Shown piece by piece: positions 1 to 11,317 of a DNA stretch of 64,000 nucleotides. Location: the NCBI GenBank assembly GCA_965153285.1, contig OZ229115.1. One strand, given 5' to 3'. The stretch's first letter is position 1; each line of letters opens with the position of its first letter. A program made the position numbers and the translations under genes. The DNA is from Podarcis tiliguerta. Its lineage: Eukaryota. The notes beneath the pieces are model-generated. The model did no database searches, had not been told where the DNA came from, and was given only the letters and a program-made list of their open reading frames with translations.

Positions 1-261
1 CAGTGTAGTACATGTCTAGTCTTTACTCTCTGAACTTTGGCTCACAGAATCCAAATAGTAAAAGCTTGGGCAGCTTTTCAACTAGCATTTAGCCACAGCT
101 ATATCTAGAAAAAACCTCTACCTTATAAGTATAGTTTTACTTATGAAGACAATACATACATGCTATACTCTCTGTAAAATTATACTTTCTCCTACAAATG
201 TTGTGTATCTATCCAATTAGAAGATTCTGTAGTGCTCTCAGGGAATGTTAATTTATCTTAC

Positions 262-314
262 CTTTGCAAGCACCACACCAGGATTTGTGAATGATTATCA
301 TGAGAGGCAACCCA
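262..314 (-). CDS. TXNDC12: TXNDC12 (ERp18) coding exon 3 with thioredoxin-like active site WCGAC; gene continues beyond the left edge
   Basis: Minus strand ttttttttag|T GGG TTG CCT CTC ATG ATA ATC ATT CAC AAA TCC TGG TGT GGT GCT TGC AAA G|gtaag = (S)[17 protein letters not shown]; 53 nt, phase fits exon 2. Confidence 0.97.
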
Positions 315-914
315 CTAAAAAAAAAGAAAGACATTGAAATGCACCATTAATGTACTCCAGTACTCTTAAGACTTACTTCTGAGTAAACATGCACAAGATT
401 GTTCTATAAGGTGCAACTGCAGGATGAAATTTATAAAAGGAAGGGGGTTCCATTGTAGCTTCATTAAGATTAAAGATTTATTAAGAACAAGGTTAATATG
501 TCCTACTCTTTTATACCTAATAAAAGATCAGCCAACTGTCCACCTTACAGGAAAAGGAGATCTAGTTTACTCAAGTGATTTCACCTTCAGATATGCAAAT
601 GATTTATAGGATTAAATCTGGAATTCACAATGTGAAAAGCTTTCTTAGGCACTACTATGTTTGTCAGAGGTGCGGTAAAAAAAAAAAAATCTAAGCAAAC
701 CTAAAAGGGAGATCACAAGCAATATTTGTAGGTCTAAGAGATGCACACTAAACTCTACGGACAATGACCAAGAAGTGCAAGACTTTCATGTGTTGCCTTA
801 ACTGCCCAGCCCTCACTCATATTGCCCATTTATCTAATGTTACATTTTTGAACATCACCTGCTTTGCCCACAACCCATATATGCTTGCTATTATTATTTT
901 GTTGTGCCTTATGG

Positions 915-1030
915 GAGGACTGGGGAACCTGTAGTCCTCAATACAATGTTGGACTCCAACTCCCATCATCCCTGACTATTAGCCATGGTGGCCGGGGCTG
1001 ATGGGAGTTGGGGTTCATCAACACCTGCCT
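915..1030. mobile_element. Degraded hAT-type MITE
   Basis: Internal inverted repeat CAACTCCCATCA...TGATGGGAGTTG after a GGGGAACCTGT end, a common squamate non-autonomous element. Confidence 0.6.
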
Positions 1031-2906
1031 TATGAAGATCACTGTACTCAGCTGGGAAAGAATCCCTTTTTATATATTACCTTATTAAAACACTAGAAGA
1101 AAACATTTATGTCTTACTCCCAAGTAAGTGTGCAGAGGATTATAGCTCTAGCGTAGGGGTGGCAAACCTCTGGCTTGTGGGCCAAATTTGCCCCACCATT
1201 CCTCCCCATTTGACCCATGAGACTGCTTCCCCCCAAGCCACGTCCAGCTGTCCCACACTTGACATCCCATGTCCTGGATAGATCCTGCATCAACTGCTTA
1301 CACAGCTGATCCCTGCAGAAAGCAAGACTGAGCAGCAGCTGATGTGCAAGGAGTTCAGTGTTGTAATAAAGAAGCTAATTTTCTAAAGGTCTCTACATTT
1401 GTGAGCTAGTTGGGTTTTTCATTATCCAAAGTTCTTGTCCACAGCACAACTGTAACGGAAGAATGTCAGCTCCTGTTAATGGTGCAATAAGATAGGTCAC
1501 AGCTGGATCCCTCTCCAAAGCATGCCAGAGCTCTGGCAGAGGTCACCTTGACAGTTGGCCAAGGAAAGTGTCATTAGTCCCAGAGCCTTTGAAGTTGAAG
1601 GCTTCTAACTCCTCACTGGAAGATGCAGGCTAGGTATAGTAGCTGCCCACAGTAGCAGCCTGTGTGCAGTGGTGGAGCCATCATCCAAACATTAGTGCTA
1701 CTGAAGCTGGGGGCTGTACAGATTCACTGGCAGGAGGACAAGATTGACTCCACTGGTGCATCCACCCCAATCTTGCTACCCCATCACCCCAGCCCCGTCC
1801 AGGTAAGCTGCGGTGACACCAGTGTAAGGAGGGCGGCTCCGCACAACCACACAGGTCGCAACTGGCTACCCAGCTAGGGCAGTTTCTTTTCTTCTTTTCC
1901 CAAATGCACCATGGCATAGCTGAAAAACCGCTGTGGAAGCTGCTATTAGTTCCAAGCACAAAATAAGCGTACTCTCCCCCAAATCTCAAACTCCTGACAT
2001 TCACCTGTGAAAATCTATCCTCAAAATATGTCACACTAAAAGCTGGAAACAACAGAAGTTGAAAGGCGCCATGTAGCATTCACAATGTGCCACCCAAGTG
2101 TTGTAAATATGACTACAGCCCTAATCTCTATTTCGTTTCAAGCAAAACTCTACTCAGGTATACCTGAGATCATCACTAAAACATTTTCATATCAAAGCAC
2201 AGATTGTTCCTTTAAAGCATGTTATTTCCATGTGCTAACTTAAAAAACAATTAAAGAAAAGTATCAAATTAATTGCAGCAGCAGCATGAAATCCCAGCTG
2301 TATGGCTGAACTCGAGGTGATCAGTTTGTCAGTCTCTGAATAATTTCACGTCTTCTTGTGTAAGGCTGGAGATCAAGTTCTTACAAAAGGCTATTACCGG
2401 TACTAATCTGCACCTTCAGGTTTTTAGGTTGTGACTGCAATTCTTTTGCTTAAGTAATCCAGTTCCAAACACGTTTAGACAGGCCTAATTCTGCATGGGA
2501 GTCAACTGAGAGTTTTCCAGAATATTTTTTCCCTGTTGGTTTTAATTTTATTAGAATTTTTTGAACAATACTAACAGAGAGGGAAAAGTTCAATTGAATT
2601 TCCTAGGACTTACTACAAAACACACTTGGTTTAGGTTTGGACTATCTCTTTCATCAGAAGGGGAAAAGCAGCATATACAGCTCACAACCTAAAGCAAATT
2701 CACTTTGGTATGGCAGAGGTGGTTTTTATGTATAAACTCTGCATCTTTGAGTGTAGCGATAAGCCAGGACGTTGTTTAATAGTAAGGCTAACCTTATGAA
2801 ATTTACACCTCAGTTCACTTATTTGGAAGCAATTATTATGGATAACAGGAAAATTAACTTCCAAATAAGCCAATTTTAAGGTTGTAGATCCGTTTGCACA
2901 AGATAC

Positions 2907-2967
2907 CTGGCTGCTGCTTCCTTTTTCCCATCTTCCAGTGTCCTCCAGTGAATATGATCTCCAAAAC
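2907..2967 (-). CDS. TXNDC12: TXNDC12 coding exon 2
   Basis: Minus strand ctttcaag|GT TTT GGA GAT CAT ATT CAC TGG AGG ACA CTG GAA GAT GGG AAA AAG GAA GCA GCA GCC AG|gtatct = [21 protein letters not shown]; 61 nt. Confidence 0.97.
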
Positions 2968-3435
2968 CTTGAAAGAAAAGGGGGAATATATGTTGCATAA
3001 TTTAAAGCATCAGTTACAGAAGATAAAAACAATTTTCTATATATCACCACATACAAAGAAATAAATGCTTTTAGAATGGCAATCTAAGATACCATTCCTA
3101 GGAACATCATTGAAGTTTGAAGTTATTCCAAAGCAAGCAATTCTCTTTCCTAAAGGATTTATACATATCTTTTTATTTGAACTGAACTCTGAAAACAAAA
3201 AGGGCCCTGGAAACCGCCACACTGAGCAACTCATGGCCTAGACTAGAGAAACTACAGTACTCTCTTGAAATCAACTATTTTCCCAATGGTAGATGCAAAC
3301 TATAAGAATCGTATTTGTTATCACAGATAGCTTAGGGATGATCACACCCTAAACCTTTTTGCTTATTTTTTGCAAAGCACGGGCATTTGAAAACATCAGT
3401 AAAAACAAAAGAGGAAATAAGAATTGGTATCTAAC

Positions 3436-3520
3436 CTTTTCCTAATGCTTCCCCAGCAGAAACTGCGACAAGCAATTGGCAAAGTAGGAAAGTCGACAGC
3501 GATGCTAATTGAACCTTCAT
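3436..3520 (-). CDS. TXNDC12: TXNDC12 coding exon 1 (start codon, signal peptide)
   Basis: ATG at 3520-3518; MKVQLASLSTFLLCQLLVAVSAGEALGK+G|gttag; hydrophobic signal peptide; joins exon 2 to give [11 protein letters not shown]. Confidence 0.93.
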
Positions 3521-4238
3521 GCTGTCTGCCAAGATCTTCACCAGGACAATTACTCCAGCTCCGCACAGCGATTCTCTTAAGCAATAGTATCTGATTAAAC
3601 CAAGTCAGCTTCTTTGTTTAAGAGGAAGTGATGTTATCGGAAGGATATAGGAGGCGCTTCAGAGATTTGGGTCCGGGGTATTATTATATACGCACATGTA
3701 TAGTTCTCACGCTGTGCAGAAGAGTGTCTTTCTTTCTTTCTCCGCTCGGAATCTACGTAGGAATTTCTAAGTGTCTACGGAGTTGTTCCTTTCTCGTGTA
3801 TTTCTAAAAGGCGAACTATCCTAACTCTGGTCCGACGGTTCATGAAAGGCAAATGTAACATCAGCTCCCCAGTTCGAAGCACAGTCCTGCAGCAGGCTTG
3901 CTCTGATGCAAGTCCCTCTGCGTTCAGCGAAGCCTGTTCCCCAGGAAGAGCCCACGTAGGATTGGGGCCGTAGGCAAACTCAGTGGCACTTTGAAGGGAA
4001 AGTCAGAAGCGGTGGGGAACTGATTCTTGAAAGGCCGGTTAAGTCAATTTTCAGCTTCATTCTGATCGACGAAAGGAGGAGGTTGCCGGGGGGGGGGTAG
4101 TAATCCCAAAACGCAAATAAGCTCTTTCCTATCATGCGCTACTAAAACATTAATATTCTTCCACCCCAAGCTAAAGAACAGCTTGTGCGCATTGCAAAAA
4201 AAGCACCACTCCATTCCTGCTAGCTGCTCCTAAGGATG

Positions 4239-4257
4239 ACTACAACTCCCAGCATAC
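4239..4257 (+). promoter_or_regulatory. ZNF143/THAP11-type motif
   Basis: ACTACAACTCCCAGCATAC matches ACTACAnnTCCCA plus the extended SBS, typical of bidirectional housekeeping promoters. Confidence 0.75.
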
Positions 4258-4535
4258 ATTGCTTCAGAGGCATTTTTCTCTATGTCCCTCTTCCCCACCC
4301 CCGGGCACGTCTATCCTGCTGCGCTCACTGCATTGCATTGAGGGCTGCCGTTTTATTGTCTAGATAGGGAAAAACAGAAAGGAAGGACCAGGCTATCCTC
4401 CTCCGCCGCCGCCCGTGTTATGCAAACGAGCCTCGCTTTCTTCCAATCGGGTGAGGAGGGCGGGGCCATGGTCCCGTGGTCCGAGGCCTCCTTTCTCTGG
4501 GCCCCTTTCTACCCCCACCCCACCCCCACACCTAA

Positions 4536-4588
4536 GCCGCCATCTTGTTCTTGCCGCGTGTTGCCTTCGGAGGGTTCTTCGGACTGAG
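4536..4588 (+). other. BTF3L4: BTF3L4 non-coding exon 1 (5' end approximate) with YY1 motif
   Basis: GCCGCCATCTTG (YY1 consensus) at 4536-4547 inside the CpG island; donor CTGAG|gtgaaa at 4588/4589; TSS not determinable. Confidence 0.65.
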
Positions 4589-6367
4589 GTGAAAACTTCC
4601 TGCTTGACCCCCTCCGCGCCCCGTTGCCCTTGCGCCCCTCACGGTCCCCACAGGTCGAGATTGCGGTTCCTCCGCCCCACACTCCGCTGTGCGCGCGCGG
4701 AGCGCCATGGGCGGTGGGAGGGGCTGCTGGTGGGCCGGAGAGAGTGGGCCTGGCAACTGGGCGCCTGCGGGGAGCCCTGGCTCCGCTGGGGAACGCCTTC
4801 CCCGAGGTCCGGCCCTTGGAAGCAGAGCCCCCCCCCCCGTCCGCCACAGCTCCCGTTCAAGTCCACCCCCGGTCAGGGTGGGTGCGCGCGGACCCTCCAT
4901 CGCGGAAACCTTCCCGCAACAGAAGCGGGCTTGCTGAGGACTCGCTCCACCTCCTCGCCCAAAGCACTTTAGGATCCTGCGCTGGCCTAGGTCGCACTGC
5001 ACCCAAAATGTGGGTTACGCCTTGGACGGGGTTCCCATCCCTGGGCGTAGGACATTGAGGGGGGCTTCCCTACTGCTCCTTAGTGTACTGGGAGTGTTTC
5101 TTTTTGGAGAATAAATGCCCTTTATTCCCCTAGGGAAGCCCGCACCTCTCCTCCAACAGGAACTGGCAATCTGGAGCTCTTTCACCTTCCTGTGTAGATT
5201 TTACTGCTCGCTTAATACATTTCTGTGTTGCATCAGTTGCCATGTTTTCATTTTGGAGACCTTGGGTTTTTTTTGTTTTGTTCATTGCTTGCAACTGAAA
5301 GTTCATTTGTATCAAAGCCTGTATATGATCAGATTTGGTTCCTCTGCTGTGCGGAGTTAGTTCCTGTTCACACCATTTTCTTTTTAAGGGCATGGAAACC
5401 TACACTTTGGATATAATAATAGAATAAGCGTCTGTGAAGCTGCAAAATTCTGAAATAAGGAACATGCCTGCTGCTTTCAAAACTAAATGATGTAAATCTC
5501 CCCTTCCACAACTCCTTGATTTTAACATTCTCAGTATCAATAGTTTAATTTTTCTCTAATTCCAGTGAGGAAAATGGAGATGAGGCTCCTCTGCAAGAAT
5601 GTTTTCATCCATGCTGTGGTGGATGTTCTTGTTACCCAGTTCTAGCCATTAGTTTTTCTTCTTCCTGGTAGTACTTTTGCTGATTCCACCTCTTTTATAG
5701 ATGTACTAAAGGTTCTTTAGTTCAAGGTTGAAATAAAGACCATTCCTGTTGTGTCTTTCTCTGCTTCTACTAATCTGACCTTCTTTGTACTCTCAGGGTT
5801 GAATCCATCATGTGGCTCTTTTATCACATTCCTTGATAAAACAAATTGTGGCTTGTTTCTGAGAACATATTTCTCTTTCTTCAACCCATCAAAGGGATAG
5901 AGCTAATAGCCTTGAGAAAGGAAAGCCTTTCCATTTTCTTCATTGCCAAATGCTCAGCTACTTGTTATTTTCAACCTGCAGGAATTCTGGTTTGCACAGT
6001 ATAAGCTGTTGATTAACTTAGTTCAGTTGCAACATGACAACTGGTTATGGGTTAGAGAGTAAAATGGCACATCGCAGCTTTAACATTTCCTGAAGCATGC
6101 ACATGCCACTTGATATGGAATGTCATATTTTAAAATGAAATGAAAATGAATCTGACCCATATCCCAAAGTAAACACTTTGCAGACCAAAGTGCTAGGTTT
6201 TTAATAGTTATTTGACTTACGTGTTGCTGCTGGTTGTTAACTCTCTCTCTCCTGGTCCTAGACATAGTTGCATCTTTGGGACTTAATAGTGAGCAAAAGC
6301 ATAGATCTAAGCAAATGTTTCCATAAATCTCATTTAAGCAGATAAGACATGGGGTTGATTGATTTGT

Positions 6368-6928
6368 ACCTTTGAAAGTGACCCGGAAACTACAACATCG
6401 AATCAAGTTTATTACGGCCATGGGCCCATACAGGAAACTACAACTAATCCAGAATGCAGCAGCTAGACTGGTGACTGGGGGCAGCCACTGAGACCACATA
6501 ACACCTACACTGGCTCCCAATACGTTTCTGAGCACAATTCAGAGTGTTAGTGCTGACCTTTATAGCCCTAAACGGCCTTGGTCCAGTATACCTGAAGGAG
6601 CGTCTCCACCCCGTCATTGTGTCCGGACACAGGTCCAGTGCAGAGGGCCTTCTGGTGGTTCCCTTGCTGCGAGAAGCCACGTTACAGGGAACCAGGCAAA
6701 GGGCCTTCTCAATAGTGGCACCTGCCCTGTGGAACGCCCTCCCACCAGATGTCAAAGAGAAGAACAACTACCAGACTTTTAGAAGACATCTGAAGGCAGC
6801 TCTGTTTAGGGAAGCTTTTCATGTTTAATAGACTATTGTATTTTAATATTCTGTTGGAAGCCGCCCAGAGTGGCTGGGAAAACCCATCCAGACAGGTGGG
6901 GTATAAATAAATTATTATTATTATTAAT
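6368..6928 (+). mobile_element. L2 (CR1-clade) LINE 3' fragment
   Basis: Degenerate ORF2 C-terminus PLKVTRKLQLIQNAAARLVTG...HWLP...VLVLTFIALNGLGPVYLKERL...RAFSIVAPALWNALP; ends GGGTATAAATAAA(TTA)n. Confidence 0.9.
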
Positions 6929-8316
6929 ATTAAGGGTGTGGTATGTAACATAGGAAAGGCTCTGTGACTGTATATTTTCATGATTTGATTGATTGCTTCC
7001 TCATTTGTGTACTAGGACATAATGCTCAAGTTGGCATTTCTATAATACAGTAAATGCATATTAGTAGTTTGTATTCCGAGTACAAAATCATAATGGGTCA
7101 ATTTTGCTTTCATGTATATTCGTTTTGGATTAGGGCTGTGTTTTTAGGACCGCAAATTATCTTATGCACACTTTTTGGACCCCATGGCTGATATTCAACA
7201 TTGTGCTGTTATGAACATTCTCTCTGTGCAAGCATGTCAGCTTGCCAGATGGAACAATTCTCCCCTCGCCTTGCCCTGCCCACTACTTTGGGGTTCTCCT
7301 GACCTTTCCCAAACTAATTTTAGGGAGTTCTAAGAAGGAGGAGTGGGGGGGGGGGAACCTTGTGCAAATGGAAGTCCTTGACAGGGCTTCCACTGATGGA
7401 ACATGTTAGGTGAATCCCTTCCTTCATAAATATTTTCAGAAAAAGTGAGCTTGCCTTGTAGCTTGATAATTCTAGAGTCATATCTCCTCTCAGCTATAAA
7501 GGTCACCAGGTAGCCTTGGACAAGCAAGTCACTGTCTCTTAGAGTCATTTACACCACAGGATGGTTTATGAGCCACAAAATATTGCTCTGAACTCCTAAG
7601 TGAAAGGGTAGAATATAGATGTAACCAGCATGGGTGTAATAGGCAGTTTCCAAGATTCATTCTTTGTCACATGCTCCCAACTTCCTGATGTTGTGTATGA
7701 CTAACAGTGTATGACTAACAAATGTTATGTAGATGGAATTGCACAAACCAAGATGTTGCACCATGCAGATAGAGGCAGGCTCAGTTCTCAATAGCTTCTG
7801 TAGTTTTGTGTGAAAAAATAAACAGTTCAGTTTGGGACGTGGAGGGCAAACATTCCAGATATAGGGATTGTCCTGTCAGATGTCAGATTTAGCATGTGTG
7901 CGTGTAGATGCACACTGGTATTCCTAAGTGCATGCCTGTACTTTCTCTCATGAGCAAATGGCAGCTGCTCATTCCTGTGTGAGGAAGTAAGTGCTGGGAA
8001 CCATGATACGGTGACTGCGAAACCAGTTACCAGCTGCAGGGATAGGGGTAGTGTGGAAAGCGATGTCTTCTCTCCTTGAAGGCAGTCCAGGGGCACGAAG
8101 GGGAAGAGCCAACATGATTTCAGTGCTTTTACACCCCCACCCCCAAGATAATTTGAGGAATTGGAAGAGAGGTAACGTATCTTTTATTGATAGGTTGTTT
8201 GTGTGTATTCAGATACAGATGCTTGGTATTTTGAAAGACAGTGAAGTAAAAATTATTAAATAAATCTGAATATGTTATAAGCATTTATGTTGTTTGTATT
8301 TTTCAGATAAAGCACG

Positions 8317-8370
8317 ATGAATCAAGAAAAGCTGGCTAAACTTCAGGCACAGGTCCGAATAGGTGGAAAG
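8317..8370 (+). CDS. BTF3L4: BTF3L4 first coding exon (exon starts at 8307)
   Basis: tttcag|ataaagcacg ATG...; MNQEKLAKLQAQVRIGGK|gtatg. Confidence 0.98.
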
Positions 8371-9091
8371 GTATGAATGCACCAATATAACTTCCCCCAC
8401 TCCATTTATAATTATTGTATTTGTGTAAATAGAAACATAGATATATATATATAATATAAAAGTAAAACATATGTAAGTATTTCCCATAGTTTAGGGGTTT
8501 ATAGGGAATGTCTTTTCCTCAGGCTATTGCCCATTCTGATGTGCTTAGGCTGTTTCTGAGTATATAGCCCTAGTACTGGTGGCTACATTCTTTCGAGAAG
8601 AAAAAGGTTCATGTTATATTCTTGAACTGTTTTCTTAAAAGATGAACATTTTTTTCTACAAAGGCATATTATGTAATTTTGAATCAGTATAGCTTAGGTG
8701 CCGAAGGGGTCGTTACTGGTATTTGGACACACAAGGCTGAAAAGAGGAAGGGCAGCAGAAATGGAAGTGGTCCTTGCAGCAGGAGATGCATTGTGGTCTG
8801 AGGACCACCACCTCCTTTAGCCTACTATTTTGCACCCTCACATTGCCTCCTTAATGATAATCCCCCATGAAAACTGTCACTGAATCAAGCCTCCCTTCCT
8901 TGGTGGCAATAAGTGAGAAAATTTGGAGTGGAAAGTTAGAGTAGGATTATACAAACTATACAGTAGTGAAATAGGTTCTTGCCTAAACCCCCCCCCCTCC
9001 TACTGCACTACATGTATTACATTTTAAGGTACTTTGAGATTATTATGTTCCTCTAGGAGCAATGATTTATTTTCTCCTTTCTGTTTTTCAG

Positions 9092-9205
9092 GGTACAGCT
9101 CGTAGAAAGAAGAAGGTAGTCCACAGAACAGCCACAGCTGATGATAAAAAGCTTCAGAGTTCACTCAAAAAATTGGCAGTAAACAATATTGCTGGGATTG
9201 AAGAG
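9092..9205 (+). CDS. BTF3L4: BTF3L4 coding exon 2
   Basis: [38 protein letters not shown]; NAC-beta ribosome-binding RRKKK motif; ag/gt boundaries; 114 nt. Confidence 0.98.
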
Positions 9206-9624
9206 GTACATCAGTATAAAAATTTTCAGTCATATATACGTAATCTCCCAACTGATCATTGGAATAATGTGAAACCTTTCTGATTTAAAATGGGATTATC
9301 AGGGGGGGAACCTTGGGGCCTGTGGGCCCAGTCAGACCCCTTAAAAAGAGAAGCGCCTGACCTCTGGCAGCCTTACCTCATTTTAAATGAGGTGTGGCTC
9401 AGAGTTTGTTGTGATTTCAGTGTGTGTGTGCGCGCATTGTGTGAGAGATCCTTTAATAAGACGTCTTTTGGGGTTTCATGCATGATTTCCCTTGTATAAC
9501 TGAGGACATTTGTTCCATAGCTTTGTGTGGGATGGTGCAGATTTTACAGAGTCCCATGGAAGGGGCAGTTTGTGAGACAAAATAGTCCACTTCTATCTTT
9601 CCTACCTTGCTCTCTCAAGATTCA

Positions 9625-9715
9625 ACTTGGCATCTGATGAAGTAGGCTGTTGGCTATGAAAGCTCATGCCAATTTGCAATAAAAAGCTTATAAGAAGTAA
9701 TCTCAAGGTGCTGTC
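9625..9715 (+). mobile_element. Penelope-like element terminal fragment
   Basis: CTGATGAAGTAGGCTGTTGGCTATGAAAGCTCATGC...TCTCAAGGTGCT resembles reptile Penelope termini as recalled. Confidence 0.5.
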
Positions 9716-10421
9716 AAATATGTTAATAATAATAATAATAAACTAGCACAACTTCCATATTATGTAAATGAGGGTATTTTTATTATGAGAATGAGCAGTA
9801 GAAAGTATTGGGCTCACATGCAGCCTCCTTTGCTCCTCCGCTCCCCATCCCCTTGTTCTTATATGAGGGAAGAGTAGAAGTGTCCTGTTCTGGCTTGCAG
9901 CAAATTGTGGTTTGTCCTCAAAACAAGGATACACACAAACCATGGTTTAGCTTCACCTCCTGCTGTGCTTTTGGGATCTTCACTTGACAGCTGCAAACTA
10001 GAACTACGGGTTGCTGCAAACTAGAAGCAGAAGCTTTACTCTCACTTCATGTATGAAATAAGAGAGAAGGCATCTGCAAGCCTGACGATTGGCACTGCTC
10101 ATTCTCTAAAGGACAAACTGTGTTTTGACAACATGTCTGAATTAAGATACATACAAGATGCAAAGTTTTAACTGGAAAACACAAATCAGATTGTTGCTTG
10201 ACTGTGTTCCTGGGCACATTTACTTGGAAACAAGTTCCTTTGAAACAAAAGGTTTTATTCTAAGTAACTTTACGTCCCTTTTCTAAAGGCATTTTGTATG
10301 AAAGTAACTGCGAGTCTTCTAGATGAGTAAGTAGAACCTTTTTGCCCCACTATCTACATGTGGAAATAGTATTATGTGGAATGGTATTATATTTGTTTAC
10401 TATATTACATTTTTCCCTAAA

Positions 10422-10500
10422 GCAGCATGCATAGAGTTTCCAGGCAGTCTTCCATCTAGAAACTGGCTGGATCCAGACCTGCTTAGCTTCAGCAGGGTCC
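10422..10500 (-). mobile_element. Degraded 5S rRNA-derived SINE head or 5S pseudogene
   Basis: TTCCAGGCAGTCTTCCATCTAGAAACT...CCTGCTTAGCTTC aligns by eye to the reverse complement of the 5S internal control region (TCCCAGGCGGTCTCCCATCCAAGTACT...CCTGCTTAGCTTC). Confidence 0.65.
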
Positions 10501-10962
10501 AGCCTATGATAGGGAGCCATTCCTTCCACTCGGCAAGTTGCTTTAAGCAGACGTTTGAGAGAGCAGGAAAACAGCTGCTATCCTGCTGTAACAAGTCTTG
10601 TTATTGTGTTGAGTGTTTTGGCCCACTTCCAGAGGACAGCCCTGTTCTGCAGTGGTCACAGTGTTCTGAAGAGGACATGATGGGCCTCAATATGGACTGG
10701 AGAAAGAGTAGGGGTGGCACTTGGACATGTGTTTATATAGGAGCAATAAATAGGAGCATTAAACAAAGGGCAGAGTGGAGTGCTATCCAGGGGACACCCA
10801 TCATTTAAACGAATTTGAAAGTCATGGTTTCTCCAGGATTGTAGTTTTGTAGATCCTCAGAGCTCTTTGTTATTTTTGTGAGAAAGCTGAGGATATATCA
10901 GTGCAGTGGCATACCTCAGTCTTTCACAATGATCATGCGCTTTTTCAGGAAAACACCAAATA

Positions 10963-11317
10963 CAGTGGTGCCCCGCAAGACGAATGCCTCGCAAGACGGA
11001 AAACCCGCTAGACGAAAGGGTTTTCCGTTTTTCAATGCGCTTCGCAGGACGAATTTCCCTATGGGCTTGTTTCGCAAGAAGAAATGTCTTGCGATTCTTG
11101 AGATTTTTTTCCCGCTCCCCAACGCCTTTTTCTAAGCCGCTAAACCGCTAATAGCCTTTTAGCAGCTAATCCGCTAATCCCTTAAGCCAATAGCCGCTAA
11201 TAGCCACTAAACCGCTAATAGCGCCAAGCCGCTAATAGGGTTGCTTCGCAAGACGAAGAAAACGCTAGACGAAGAGACTTGCGGAACGAATTAATTTCGT
11301 CTTGCGAGGCACCACTG
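10963..11317. mobile_element. Tc1/mariner (Tigger-like) MITE
   Basis: TIRs CAGTGGTGCC(C/T)CGCAAGACGAA at both ends, TA duplications, internal AGCCGCTAAT repeats. Confidence 0.92.

Larger units (their letters stand above)
3600..5050. promoter_or_regulatory. Bidirectional TXNDC12/BTF3L4 promoter with CpG island
   Basis: Head-to-head genes ~1 kb apart; CpG-rich ~4400-5050; ETS-type GGAAG sites ~3622-3643; CCAAT at 4443-4447; GC box GGGGCGGGGC ~4457-4466. Confidence 0.85.

Noticed and set aside
2255-2420. Coding-like or snoRNA-like segment in TXNDC12 intron 2
   Set aside because: Stops interrupt the best frame and I found no convincing C/D or H/ACA box arrangement with terminal stem.
3951-3966. 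CCACGTAGGATTGG as an ER-stress element for TXNDC12
   Set aside because: Contains CCACG and ATTGG, but order and spacing match neither ERSE (CCAAT-N9-CCACG) nor ERSE-II (ATTGG-N-CCACG).
4415-5058. Several 75-185 aa ORFs in the BTF3L4 CpG island
   Set aside because: Stop-poor GC-rich sequence; Pro/Arg/Gly/Ala-rich translations on both strands; they cross the exon 1 donor.
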